63,772 nt of DNA, filler included, from Octopus bimaculoides (GCF_001194135.2; 6 parts of 6 records of this genome joined end to end with filler, not necessarily neighbours in it); one strand, 5' to 3'; shown: positions 1-14,248, numbered from the whole stretch's first letter. Numbers and translations are program-made. Notes: generated from the sequence alone by a model not told the origin.

Positions 1-2036
1 TTTTTTTTTTTTTTTTTTTTGTGGTCAAATTCTTACATTGTTTGTAAAAAGTAGTAAGACTTGACCATTTTTCTACTTCCTGTCTGTTTTATTTTTTTAT
101 TTATTTATTTATTTCATTACAACATTTCTTCAACTCCATTTTCTTGTTTGTTTTTACAAGATTTTTTTCTTTTCTCTTCATATTCTTTGTAAAAAAAAAA
201 GACAAAAACAAAACAGTCCAGTATAAAAGTTTGTCTAAGTTCTTTGTGTTTTGGGAATCTCTTGGTGGCTTACTGCTCACAGACTGCCCTGCTTTTACTT
301 CCCAACGTCTCTCTTTCACATACATACAGACCGTATACACTCACCTATGTATGTTGAACATCTCTATTAAGATAGAAACCTTAAGTTTTTCACTGACAAC
401 GAGATGGCTGATGGTCAATTTTCTGTTCTGTGTCTCTACTTTTAATAATCCGTTAAATGTTAACGATATTTTACTTCTTCAATTATAATTTAGACGAGTT
501 CTTTTTTTCTTCTTCTTTCTTTCTGTCTTTCTTTTTCTTCTTAAACATCTGCAATGGAAAGGAATTGTGCCCGTTTTGTGAAACCAGTTCAAATTTTCAA
601 ATTTTAAATCATTTAAAATGCAAAACAGTAAAACTATGAAAATTAAAAAAAAAAAAACAATTAATTAATTAATGCTGATTATTTAATGGAAAGGAAGAAG
701 GAAGGAATGGTTGATTGAATGAGTGACAGAGAAAAAGAAACCGAATGAAAATAGTGTTCCATGTGAAGAAGAATTATATTTGAATTGTCAAGTTGCTCCT
801 CCATGTCTAAATTTCCTCAAAGACATAACAACAGTGCTTCTGGGTTGCCGCTAGGTGGGGGTGGGTATGGTTGGGTGTTGTTACTTGTCCCTTGCTGCTG
901 GGTGGGGGGTGGGGGTCTTAGCAATGAGTTGTTATTGTCCATCTTATTGCATGTCTTGGACATAGATATCAAGCGTTGACCAGTCAAAGACGGTGGAGTT
1001 TTAGTGCTAGTCCTCTTTGTGCAGTTGGTTAAATTCTCTTATCTGTTTGGTGTTTGCTCTTCTCACCACCACCACCAAATTCTCTGTTGAGGGTGTCAGG
1101 GTGGAGGGAGGGGGCATGGGAGTAAAACTTGTTCTTTCCCCCCCCTCTTTCTATTTTTATTATTTTTAATTTTATATAAATATATATATATATATAAAAA
1201 TATCTTTTTTAGAATTGTTTTATATTTTTATCGTCAGTTTTATATTTTATCGTCAGCTTTTTTTTCTAAACTTTAAAAAAAAAAATCAATGAATATATAA
1301 AAGAGGGGTTATGAGGGAGAGAAATTCCATCGATTTCTTTGGCTCAGATTATACAAGAACAAATGAAAATAAGAAAAAGATAATGTAGGAAGTGTAAAAG
1401 CTATGATTAATGGGAATCCATTGGCGCTTCGAGTAGGGGTTTTTTGTTCAAGGCAATTAGCTCAGCTGTTGATTTATCTCCCTTTGGTTTTCTAGCTCTT
1501 TACATTTCCTCAAAGACACAGATGATCATCATCATCGTAATCATCTTCATCATCATCATCATCATCATCTGCTGTCCATTCACCACATCTCTCCTCTAGA
1601 TTTCAGTCAAGGAATGTTCTGCTACATTCCAAGAATGGCTTAATGTATTGGCTAATAAATAAACAAAGTTGTTTCTCTTTTGTGATTGGAATTAATCAAT
1701 AGTAAAAATCATTGAACAGTCAAAATGTGTTTGTCTTTGAAATGCTTCTCTGAAAATGTCTTTTCTATTTATTTATTTACTTTTTCTTTATTCACTTATT
1801 TTTGTTTCTGCCCCCCNNNNNNNNNNNNNNNNNNNNNNNNNNNNNNNNCCCCCCCAAGTGATGAATTTCTGGCAGACTCACTTTATTTCTCTTTCTTTGT
1901 TACTCCCCCCCCACTCTCTTGTATTATTTCTATTTCTTGTACACACATGTGTGTATACATACATATATATGTGTGTGTGTGATATAACATGCATATACAT
2001 TACATAACTATATGTACATTTCTGTTTATGTATGTG

Positions 2037-2159
2037 TATTATTTTTAAACAAGAATATTATTGACAGTAACTTTGAAGTTTCAAGCCATTGTCCTTGACT
2101 GGCTTAACTGGCTGAAACTTCAAAGTCACTATCAATAATATTCTTGTCTAAAAATAATA
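2037..2159. repeat. ~51-bp near-perfect inverted repeat (hairpin)
   Basis: Arms 2037-2088 and 2109-2159; three transitions and one 1-nt indel. Confidence 0.9.
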
Positions 2160-5100
2160 AATTTGTACTCTACAAACATATAGAGTAACCCATCAGATTA
2201 ATGTAAAATTGTTTTTATTAAAACTTAACATAAAAACAAACATTGTATACACACACGCACACACATATAGAATCACTGGAATGTTCAAATTGTTCATCAG
2301 AAACTGCTTGGTAATTGTTAAAGACGTTCTCCAAAGCCAAGATGTGAGGCTGCAGTCGCTTAAAAGTTGGCACTTGATACAATTCTTTGATCTCAAGAGG
2401 AAGACTTCCCTCTAAATGCCCATATCTGCACTTTGCTTAACAAATTGACCAAAGTTTGGTCAGTTCTGCTGCTGCTGCCGCCACCCTTGTTTCTCACAAG
2501 CCTTGAGTTCATTTCTGTCTTAGCATTCAGTGTGAATGGCTGAGCACAACCTGTTCACTTAATTAAAAGGTAGCCAGCTTTTATCATTTCTATGTCAGCT
2601 AGTTTACTATTTAATGTCTTGAAGATGTGTGTGTGTGTGTGTGTGTTACTCTAAACGAAGTACATCTGAGAGTTTTATAGCAAACGGGCTTAAAGAGATG
2701 GCTTAACCCAGCAATTCTTAACCTGGAAAATTACAGTATTTCAGGGATAAAGTTTGAGAATTTTAATTGTTCTTAGTTTGAAAAACAATTTTTTAAAAAT
2801 CATTTTTTTGCACTTTCTGCTAGATTTATTTTTCTTATTGTTGATTTTTAAGAGTGTTAATGTTAAATTAGTATAAATCTGTTAATTTTATGTAATAAAC
2901 TATTATAAGTTACATATATCATCCCTTGATACTTTGGACTGAGGTCCCTGTTAACAGGTCCCTCATATTAAAAACAAGGTATGAACTCTTACAGTATACA
3001 AATTAGTCACAACTGTAATTGTTGAGTCTGTAAACAGATTGGTTGCTTGTTTCTTTGGGATTGGCCAAACTGATGAGAATCCAAATAAGATTTGAAAATT
3101 AATTTAGGTTCTTCATTTTTTTTTTCTCAATTTACAGAGAAACAGCTAAATTAGCCCAATTTATATCAGTCTTATATCGATTGTTTTCATAGAGAATGCT
3201 GAATGGCAAAGAAGGTGGGTGGGGCAGTGAGGTGTAACAGAAAAGGATTGTTACAAAACACTGGATTGGTTTAGGGTCTTTTCTAGTCCGGTTCTCAAGT
3301 TCACACCAATACTTTGGTTCAGAAAAGAAAAATACAAAATGAGAAGAAATTTATATTAAGAAATTCTTTTGAAAGCAAGGGATGCATCCATTTGGTGAGG
3401 CTGGCAAGGAAACTGGACGACAAGGTGACGCAGTTCTGCAATTGATTGTGTCTTTGACCAACATTTTATAACTTGCAACCTGTTGATGGTAGATTCCATT
3501 AAGCTGTATATTGTTGTAGGTTGAACCTTAATCAAGTAAATATATAATCAAAGATACTCTAGCCATGACCATCCCTTCTTTTTCAGAGACAGTATCCAGT
3601 GTCTTTTCCTTATTTAAGATGGTTATTGATTTGAGGGAGATGTAGCTGCTATTTCTAGCAGTATGTTTCACCCTATAGAGGCTCTTGACTCATTCAAGCT
3701 GAAAGTAGATACTTTAAAATAAAAAGTAGGCATGCCAGAGATAAGAAATGAGTTTAAGGTGAGGTAAAAAATATTCTACTTTGACAGTTGTGTCATAAGG
3801 AATTAAGACAAGTCATAAAGATATTTTACAGGTGACTGTCGTTGGACATTGCAGTTTTTCAACATGTTTTTATCTCTTCTGCCCCTGAAAAAGGGAACAG
3901 TTTTTTTTTTTTTTTAATCTTATTTTTATGATTTAAATCCATCCAGAGATTTTAGTTTTTTTTTTTAATTATTTTTCAAATATCAATTCTTTATTTTGTA
4001 GTGCTCACATTCTCTCTCTCTCATTAATTTTCAGCTTAGCTGTAAATGTTTTATTTGTTTCATGTGTAAGGGTGTATGTATGAAAACAGGGGTCGAGCTT
4101 GATACTTTGATCATAGTCCCCTTCCTTAAACCCCTCCCTTTTTTGAAATTTTACAATTATTTACCAAGTTCTCTTCGAAAATTCTTCATAATTCACTGTC
4201 TTTTCTTTTTTTCTTTTGTCTTTNNNNNNNNNNNNNNNNNNNNNNNNNNNNNNNNNNNNNNNNNNNNNNNNNNNNNNNNNNNNNNNNNNNNNNNNNNNNN
4301 NNNNNNNNNNNNNNNNNNNNNNNNNNNNNNNNNNNNNNNNNNNNNNNNNNNNNNNNNNNNNNNNNNNNNNNNNNNNNNNNNNNNNNNNNNNNNNNNNNNN
4401 NNNNNNNNNNNNNNNNNNNNNNNNNNNNNNNNNNNNNNNNNNNNNNNNNNNNNNNNNNNNNNNNNNNNNNNNNNNNNNNNNNNNNNNNNNNNNNNNNNNN
4501 NNNNTAAATTCTTTTTTCCATTTTTTCTTTTGTTTTCTCTTTTCTTTCTTTCTTTTTCTCTCTTTTTTTATTTGCTTCGCATTGATTGAATTTGGTGATG
4601 TTTTTATTTTTTGTGACAACCGTATATATAAACACTGCTAGTATATATATTTATGAAACATTTCCTCTTTTACATTCTTTTTACACGCTGTATAAATGTA
4701 ATTTTTTTTTTTTCTTTGATGAGTGTACATTAAAAAAAAAAAATCATCTGATTTTTTTTGCCTCTTCTTATCTGAAACTGTTTTTATATACAAAAAAAAA
4801 AGAAAAATTTCATGATTCTTTTCTCGAAATTTAGTGCCAACATAGCCTAAACTTCTACTGGACATCTAAGCCAAGAGCTCCTCTATAACTCTCTTATCTG
4901 GTGCGAAGGGGAGTCATTCGAAATAGGAAGCCACCCTTTTTTCACAAGGCTACCTCACTTACCCTATTTTGCTCTAACCTGTTTTGTTGTTGTTGTTTGT
5001 TTTGTTCTATTTTCAAAGACTTTAGAATTTTATCATTCATGATGTGTCGTCTAAATACATTGAACAGACATAATTTGTGTCATTGAAATAGGAAACTCTA

Positions 5101-5271
5101 GTAATTATAAATAATAAACTGACTTAAGAACACTAATCAGGTAATTAGAACCCAATGTATTTCTAATACTGCACAGAATTGCTAGATTACCGTGGTGAGG
5201 AAGTGTCCTCCATTCCACATTCCTACATAAGCCTGAAGGTCAGTTCAGAGTAACATTGATTAATGAATGAC

Positions 5272-5478
5272 AAAATGAAAAGGAGTTACGTAATCACATT
5301 CATTAGCTTACAGCTGTTTTGGTTATAAGGAACTGTGAATCCAGAGTTGAGTGTCTTATAGTATCATGAGGTAATGGCTCTGAAGAAGCAATGTGGCATT
5401 CAACTCTGGGTGTACATTTCCTTATAGCAAAAATAGTTGTAAGCCAATGAATGTGATTATGTAATTCCTTTTCATTTT
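5272..5478. repeat. 84-bp inverted repeat (hairpin) carrying a decayed HHR on +
   Basis: Arms 5272-5355 and 5395-5478 match at 71/84 positions, ungapped. TGGCT-CTGAAGA(5380-86)...AAAA-TAGTTG-TA-AGCCA(5446). The other arm preserves the palindrome ACAGCTGT. Confidence 0.8.
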
Positions 5479-6002
5479 TATCACTTATTTATTAATATAT
5501 ATATATATATAGATGGTACTCTTGCATGGCTGTAACTTTGATGGCTTAAAGTTAACAACTTTAAACCATTTCAGTTTTAATCTTTGTTATCAAGTTATAA
5601 TTTATAAATAATTGTATTTTTGTCTCAAGAAAAAGAAAAGACTGCAGAATCCCCCATGAGGTACAGTGGCAATGAGATTCAGGTGTTTTTTTACTGATGA
5701 TGATATAGTTCATAAGTTAAAAATCTTAGTGGTACTCTAATCATCGTGATGGATCCCTGAACAAGGTATATAACTCTGTTGCGTATCTGATGTAAAATAG
5801 GTCCAGCTTGTATTTCATTTGTTCATTGGTTAGTGTAGATAGGAAAGACATCCAACTGTAATGTAAAGACCCCTAATAAAACTATAAATATATAAAGAAA
5901 TAAAATGTTACAATCATAACACACACACAGAGTCTCAGGATTCTTCTCTGATGTTGTGATCTCATCATCCATTTCTCTCTTTCACACATCCTCAATTCTT
6001 GC

Positions 6003-6174
6003 ACCCTTTTGATGCCAACCTGCCTGACACAGCTTCCGGTTCTGTGACGCAAATTTCATGTTCTGAAATTCTGGTGAATAATGACAAAAGTTATTTTACT
6101 AAAATCTTCATTATTTTCATAATCAGTTGATAAAGCAGAGGATTTCAACAGAAATATGGTAAGCAAAGGGTTAA
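6003..6174. mobile_element. Second, more decayed copy of the piggyBac-type MITE
   Basis: ACCCTTTTGATGCCAACCTG...AAGTTATTTTACTAAA...AAAGGGTTAA, similar to 12291-12507. Confidence 0.6.
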
Positions 6175-9100
6175 AATTGCAATTCTATTTTGGTTTTCGA
6201 GTTTATTTTTGAGGAGACACACATGGTGTTTGTCTCTATAAGTTTAGTCATGTTTTCTAGATATTTACTCAACTCGGTGTTTATAGAAGATAATGGTTTA
6301 AAATTCTGAAGTCTACGTCAAAAGCTATTATTTTCTTCCATTCATTCATTGAATTATAGTTTTATAAAAGTTCCCACAGTGAAAGAATATTTTGCATTTC
6401 TAAAACACACACACACACACACATGACTAGATAGATCCTCTGTTGCACATTATTGCAAAGACTAATTATACAAACTATGCATATAAAATGCAACCATTCT
6501 CCACACACACATTTGCTACCTTTGTATGTAACCCCATTTACCTGTTCTCACAGATGGTTTATTCTTCAAAGAACTTCTTTAATATCAACAGTTGGTGGAG
6601 TAAAGTGAGTCTATCTCGAATTAATGCAAAAATACACAACTGTTAGCAATGTTGAGCTGTAGAGTGGCTTCTTGATGTAGTAGTACCTTTGATGTTGGGT
6701 GGGGGGTATCTTGGATAATCATGTGACACCATCATGTTTGCTTCTCTGGAAGTTGGAGTGATGCCATGAAGTATGGTTTCTTTCTTGTTGGAACAATCCC
6801 ATGTATGTTTGGGCAATACTTTGAAATGGTATCTTAGATGTAACACTTCTCTCAAAACGGTATCCTGGATATCAGAGTAATATTCAGATAATGGAAGGTC
6901 ACTCTTGTTCAGTACCCTGAAATAGAGTTTCTGGCATTGGATTGGAACTCAGGGTAGAAGAGCAGTGATAGCATGAAGCCATACCCTGATGTTAGGAAGC
7001 ATTGTCTGAGGTGGCACCTAATATGTTGGAACAACACTTTTAGGTATTGAAATGAGTGAGAAACTCTAAATCACAGCACAGGTGTTAGTTGGGACGCTGG
7101 TGGTTTAACACAATGTTTTAGTTAAGGAATGGGTCAAAGCTTCTAATGAGCTGGAGATATTTTTTTGTTTTATTATTATTCTCACTTTCTTGGTGTATTT
7201 ATTGCAAATGATTGTATTTGGTTCAATGTTGGCAGAATGGAGAAGAGTAAAGTGTTTGGTGCAGAGACAGTTCAGATGTGGAATAAATAAGTTTGTCGTT
7301 AGGATGATGGAAAGTGAAATTCCTCAAGCGAAATCCTTTATCAGAGAGAGAGATTGTTACCAGACTGCATCAACTGATTAGGAACTAATGAACCATCATT
7401 GCTTTCCTTCTTTGGATCCTTCTGTTTATTTGGTACAGAATTTTTGGGGTTACTGAAGCCTGCTATTAACACATACATACATCTCATTTACATATATCTG
7501 CAACATCTATGCGTGTGCAGACACACTTGCATTTGAACCCCTCACATATACACACCCTTCATGTACATAACTCTATAAACATTTCCCAACATGTATATAT
7601 GTGTGTGTGCATGGCTTGTACAAGTTTTTTGTGCCTGAAAATCTGTTGTTTGACCATAGAAAGTAATTTTTTTTTAAAAACCCAAATCAAATTTACATCC
7701 AGACATTATATTCATGGAATATCAATAACACAACCCTTGCCAGAAAATTGCCTGAGCAAGACCCAAGTTATTTCTGTTTTTGTGAAGTACAACAATTAGT
7801 CAGGTCAAATGTTCTGTAGCCAGGTTCAAGTTCGTATAATGACTTCCTTCATAGAATCAACATAAGTTTTGTTTTTTTCTTTTCATTCCCACCCCTGTAT
7901 TCTTCTCCATAAAACTGGTCTTTAGGAATTAAAAAGGAAAAATTTTTTTAACTGCATCAGTTGTTCTTTAAGCTTTGTGCTGTGTCTCTGTGGCTGGGGT
8001 ACCATTATGGCTTTGTATGAGTTCTTCACTGGCACCAAACATTATGTCTTAAAATATTTCTGTTCTGAGATGAGGTTTCTTACAAAAGGCAGTAAAGATT
8101 TATTGCAATCTATAAATTTATCTTTTGTCTTTTTTTCCTTATTTTTTAACTTTTGTTTGAATATTTGCGTTTTGATTGTTTTAAACACACACATACTCTT
8201 GTTTATGTTTCATGCATATAAACACACACACACCCATGTGGCTTTGAGCCCTCAGTGACTCACATAACTCATTCAATTATTGTCTAAGTGGTTGAGTATT
8301 CCACAGACATATGTCCCCTTAATGGAGTTCTCAGGCTGCATAACTGACAAGGTTAGACATTTGACATCTGGACACAAACTATAGAAAAGCTTCCTCACAG
8401 TTTCCATTTCCCCAATTTCACTCACAGGCTTGTCTTTTGATTGCTAATTTCTTGTCTCTGGTCGCAGATCCCATAAACAATTGCCGTGCCAGTGAGAATG
8501 ACGACTTTCCCAGACCAAGATTCATAAAAATGGGAAGAAATTCAAACACAAAAGTATGTTTATGTCCTGTGTTTTCATTCCCTCCTACCATCCTGTTTCC
8601 AACGATAATGGCATTTCCATTCTTGTCAGGATTTCATTGTGACCCTAGCAGGGTGGCTAACAGATGCTATGCCTTGCCAAGAGGGCAACCTGTGATTTTG
8701 TCTGGCACTGTATATTGAGTGTTCATAGCTACAGGTCATTCCTCTGTACACAAAGTGGAGGCCCAATGGATGGCAGTTTTCATCACCACACGACACTCAC
8801 AGACTCAGGTCAGCTTAAAGACCCTGCTTATCATGGTTTCTTGGGTCCAACCCAGAAACTCGTGATTTTTTTTTTTTAGGTAACTCTTGATCACCACACA
8901 CACACATCTATATTCATAAATCTCTGCATATGTATATACACACACACACACACACACATATATATATGTATGTATTTAAAGTTTGTTAAAACTGTTTTCC
9001 TTTCTCATAACTTAGTCCTCTGATGGTCATCAGGCATAAAGCATTAATCACATTCACAACTGTATGAAGCTCAAGTCATATGAAAGGAATTTAATTTAAA

Positions 9101-10804
9101 CAAACCATAAGCAATTCTATAAGATGGACCAGGGTTCTCACTTCTTTGTGGGTTTCACAAACTTTTGAATATACTTTACATATGCACATACAAAGGAATT
9201 AGTATATATATAATGTATGTTTAAATTCATACATACATTTGTACATAACATATGTGTGTGTGTGTGGCATCTAGCAGTCATCCAGATTATGGAAAGCACC
9301 TGTAAAGGAGATCAGTCATGACAAACATCTTTTGAAATGACTAAAGTCCAGTTATTGATGTACAGCCTTGGCATATAATCACTGGTGCTATTTCTGTGGA
9401 TTTTCTGAGAAGACATAATTTATTACTTGCTCTCTCTCTCTCTCTCTCTCATATGAAGATGAATAGTTGATAGTTCAATTCATGCTACAAATGTTTCAAT
9501 AACATGGTAATTTATTTGGACACTGTATTACATAATTTTCGTCATTTTATATATTAAATCACCAGCCATTTCTTCAAGTGACCTGAATCATTGGTAGACA
9601 AATCAGTCTAATGTGTGTGCGTGTGTGTATACATACGAACAAACAATTCTGTTTTGCTCCAGCAGGACCAATAACCAGTTGCAACTCCATGTTGTTATAA
9701 TCATTAATATCTGCCAGCTCCAGTCGTGAAGCAATGTCAACCTATTTATGCAATCAAACCAGGCTCTCTTCTATAAACAGCAACATAAGCACAGAGCAAA
9801 ATATTTTATAATAAATGACAAAAGAATTAATGTAATTATATTTCAGGGCTCATTAATAAGTGCTGCTCTTTATTCTTATAGCTTCGTCAGGGTTAGAGTT
9901 AATTTAATTTATTACTAATCCAGAATATATTCATCCTAGTTCCAATGAGGCTCTGAGTATACAGAGTGGCACCAGTTATTGAGTGCTGCTTTAATGTATG
10001 TATGCATATGAAGTGTTTAGGGCACTCAGAGGTGTATATCTTATATCTGATCTGAGGATCTGTAACATGAAATTGAAATTATCAGTTGTGAGGTGGTGTC
10101 AGGTTTTGCAACCAGAAGTGACACTCTCTCCTCGAGTTCTCTTACACTCCTTGTCTGTGCTTACACACTCATATGTACATACATGTTGGTGTGTGTGTGT
10201 GTAATATGTACATATATATAATAGAATTTAAACCTTAAAATCCATGGTAAAGTACCAGTATTTAGAACTTCATGTGTATTTCTGTTTGTATTATTTGGTA
10301 TGATATTGTCACAGAGTACAAAGATAAAGCTAAACAAAGCATGAAAGATTGTTTATATGATATTTAGTTCCACCTTCTTACATATATTTCATTAGCAAAA
10401 AATGATTATTAGTTACATAAGCAAAACTGTACTGTCAAATCTTCAGAGATATGTAAACTTCATGTGTAACTCTTACTGGATTGCTAAATTATTGACAGAA
10501 CGAAGCATCATAAGCATATAAATGTATGTATATGTGTGATGAGTAATCTTAAGATGCTGATAATTGGTCTCAAATTACAGTGATATCCTGTGTTCCACGG
10601 AAGACCTGTGTAAGCCATTCAAGCATAGAAAAGTCATGTGAAGTCATGTTTGCTTGAATTCTCATGAGATACACACAAACCTTTACAGCAACTGAAATGG
10701 TTTCACATTTGTTTCATCTATATTATGCCCTTGCTTCAGATAAGGACAACATATGCCAAGTGGTCAGAGTGGAAGGTTGAGGTTTCAATCTACATCTTAT
10801 GACG

Positions 10805-10841
<37 letters not shown>

Positions 10842-10918
10842 GTATGTATATATGTTGCAATCTTGACACATCAGGAATCTTGCAACACAAAATTCATAAA
10901 TATGTAAATCTATATATT

Positions 10919-11271
10919 AGGCGTGGCTGTGTGGTAAGTAGCTTGCTTCCCAACCACATGGTTCCAGGTTCAGTGCCACTGCATGGCACCTTGTGAGTGG
11001 ATTTGGTAGATGGAAACTGACTGAAGCCCGTAGTATATATATAGATGTATGTATGTATATGTGTGTGTGGTTGTCCCCTCCCCAACATCACTTGACAACC
11101 GATGCTGGAGCATTTATATCCCTGTGGTGGATGTGTTTACGTCCCCGTAAGTTAGTGGTTCGGCAAAAGAGACTGATAGAATAAGTACTAGGCTTACAAA
11201 GAATAAGTCCTGGGGCTCATTGGCTCAACTAAAGGCGGTGCTCCAGCATGGCCGCAGTCAAATGACTGGAA
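10919..11271 (+). mobile_element. tRNA-derived SINE family A
   Basis: GGCGTGGCTGTGTGGTAAG A box, GGTTCAGTGCC B box, internal TA/TG tract, tail GGCGGTGCTCCAGCATGGCCGCAGTC; internal deletion at CCTTG. Confidence 0.85.
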
Positions 11272-12195
11272 TATATGTGAGAATCCTTCATTCAGTAATA
11301 ACCCATTTCTCTCATACACACTCATATTGTAGCAGACCACCACCACAAAAAAAAAAAAGAGAGAGAGAGAGAAAGAATGTATAATCTTAAGTGATTTATG
11401 GAAGTTTTTTTTTAATCTTTTTCTTTGTATTTTTCTTCATGTTTCTAGAGTTTTTTTTTTCTTTTACTATCTGGAAGCCGTGATCTGAAAATTGTCAACA
11501 AGTTTGGTGTGTTTGGGGGTGGGGTGGGGAACAGAAACAAAAGGGGGAAAAAAACCATTAAATAAATGAATAAAAGAAGGATTTGTCAATTACTTTTCAT
11601 GACATCTTTTTTTTTACCGGAGAAAAGGAAAAAAGCAATCCTTCCTTGTCGATTGTGAGTTTTACTTTTTTTTTTTTTTAATAGAAGGAAAATGAAATTT
11701 AAAAGATAAGAAGCAAACGATAAATAATCAAACAAAAGATGAAAATAAAAAGAAATTCATTTTTGAATTAAGGAACTGGACAGACAATTTTGTCTTTAAA
11801 TATATATATATATATTGTTGCTTTAATCGGAGTGTGTATAGATATTATTATGATATATTCTTATATAGTTATTGGCGGTGCTCCAGCATGGCCACAGCTC
11901 ATAAGCTGAAACTAGATCAAATCAAATCATATATATATAAAGTCAATACAAGGATGTTAGATCCTCATTAGGGATTAAATAAACCAAAAATTTCACTGGG
12001 TAATCTCTATCCTATAAGGAGAAAGTCTTGACAATATTTTAGGGATTATAATAGTAATACATATTGTTAATAATGATAGAAGGAAGAAAATAGAGAATTA
12101 TGGATGTATATGACAAATTATCTATCCATCCATAATTCTCCATTTTCTTCCTTCCATCATTATATATATATATATAATTATATATATATATATAT

Positions 12196-12795
12196 TTTGG
12201 CTAGTGTCAGTCATTAGATTGTGGCTGTGCTGGGGCACCACCTTGAAGAATTTTCAGTCAAATGAATCGATCTCAATGTTTATTTTGTTTTTAACCCTTT
12301 CATTACCAACCTGGCTGAAACTGTTTCTGGCTCTGAGTACAAATGTCTTGTTTTCATAAGTTTTGAATTAAAATCTTCCACCAAACCTTAGTCACAATTT
12401 ATGTTCTTAACACTAGCTTAATGATAAAGTTATTTTACTAAATTCTTTCTTATATTTAAAGTAATTGAAAGAAACACAGAACATCTCAACATTAATGAAT
12501 GGGTTAAGCCTGGCATTTATTCTATTGGTCTCTATTGTCAAACCACTAAGTCACAGGGACATAAACACACCAACACTAGTTGTTCAAGCAATGGTGGTAG
12601 GGGTGGACAAACACAGACACACCCACATATATACAACAGGCTTCATTCAGTTTCTGTCTACCAAATCCGCTGACAAGGCTTTGGTCAATCTGAGGCTGTA
12701 ATAGGTGACACTTACCCATGGTGCCATACAGTGTTTTAACCCAGCATTATGTGATTGGAAAGCAAGCTTCTTACCACACAGCCACACCTGCACCT
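12196..12795 (-). mobile_element. SINE family A, decayed, interrupted by the MITE
   Basis: Body 12508-12795 and tail 12196-12290 are colinear with 10919-11271. Confidence 0.75.
12291..12507. mobile_element. piggyBac-type MITE inserted in a SINE
   Basis: Ends TTAACCCTTT ... GGGTTAA (TTAA target, CCC/GGG termini). Splits a family-A SINE. Confidence 0.75.
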
Positions 12796-14160
12796 AAAGA
12801 ACACATTCTCCTACCTACATACATACATGTGTGTATATATATATATATACATATAATGTAATCTTCAGCCTGATGAGTGGTTAGTGAACACCCTTTGTTG
12901 TGTAATTACTATTTCCAAGGATCTGCTAACTAGGAAACATATGTAACATTGATTTTACCTGCTTCATTCCCTCAATTTGGATATATATATAATTAAATGT
13001 GTGTACATATATATAATTTCTGTATCGATGTAAAAGGAGAGATCTTATCAAAGATTTAACTCTTATTGGTGTGGCATACCCTCCCCCACACACAGACATG
13101 CCTACAATATGTATGACCAATTTGTTATGTTGGCAAATGTTATTGTCTCTGCTCGTTATCTTAGTTTCTGTTGTTTTAAGGATTAACAACAAATCTTGTC
13201 ACCTTGTCTCAAAATAGATTATCTGCAGGCATTGATGTCGTCTTTTTTTCAATTTGCAACAACAACAACAAAATTATTATTATTATTATTATTATTATTA
13301 CTACTATGTTTTTTAATGATTTTTCTTCCTTGGAAAAAAGTTTTTTATACATTAAAATTAAAAAATTAACTATTTTGGTTCTGTAAGAAAGAGCTGAAAA
13401 TGAATCTTTTGCTTTGTGTGAAGCTAATAATTTTTTTAATCAATGGTAATCTTGGCTCCCACAAAAAGTTGGACACTATGAGCGAGAAGATGATGATGAT
13501 GATGATGATAATAATAATAATAACAATAATGTGATGCCACTGCTGTATTTATGATCTTGACATCAAAAAACTTTGATGAAAAGACAAGAAAATTTTTTTT
13601 AAATACTAACAATAACTAAATAATTTCAAAGTCACCTTTTCATTGTTTCAATGGTTTTTCACTTCAAACAACCCTTCATACCCATTTTTTTTTTTTTGTC
13701 CTTTTTCACTTTCAATTTGAAATAATTATTCTTTCCTCTTGCTAAATCCAAATACTTAACTATTTTATTTATTTTTTAATTAATTAACTAATTTATTTAT
13801 TTTTTTACTGTGATATTTCTTGTAATATTTTCATGCATAGGGAATGGATCTCGTTTCCTAAAAAAAATCTTTTCATCTTTTCACAAAAAAAAGATTTTAA
13901 AAAATGACAAAAAAAGTAATCCCAACAAATTCATTGGGGTTATTTCACCATCTTGTAGACTCTTGGCTTTTTTTTTAATAGTTTTCTTTAATTTTTGCTT
14001 GTTTTTATAAATCATGTGGCGCCTATCTTGTTGGTGGGCGTAATTAATCTCGTTAACAGAATTCATCATCATTCTGTCTCTACTCTGAAGTTGCATGCAG
14101 GTGTCACAAAAACAACAACAATAAACAAACTGTCTCATGTGTGTGTAAACACAAATATGT

Positions 14161-14191
<31 letters not shown>

Positions 14192-14248
14192 GTCGAATCG
14201 TCCAACCCATGCTAGCATGGAAAGCGGACGTTAAACGATGATGATGAT
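14192..14248 (+). mobile_element. Family-B tail fragment
   Basis: AATCGTCCAACCCATGCTAGCATGGAAAGCGGACGTTAAACGATGATG. Confidence 0.8.

Noticed and set aside
817-1038. Pro/Gln-rich minus-strand frame (…LRPPPPTQQQG…PYPPPPSGNPEALLLCL) as a terminal exon
   Set aside because: Only 74 codons, low complexity, no good acceptor, no recognisable homology.
2222-2425. Minus-strand open frame YGHLEGSLPLEIKELYQVPTFKRLQPH…
   Set aside because: Poor splice signals and no recognisable family.
6640-7400. GC-balanced segment as a decayed retroelement or exon
   Set aside because: No diagnostic motif found in any frame by eye.
12869-12905. CTGATGA followed by GTG..CAC as a hammerhead
   Set aside because: No GAAA or stem III. 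The same applies to CTGATGA at 33893 and CTGACGA near 9889 (-).
13025-13085. RSLLLHRY as a FHIP1 RFLLLHRH exon
   Set aside because: Flanking residues do not match and there is no proper acceptor.
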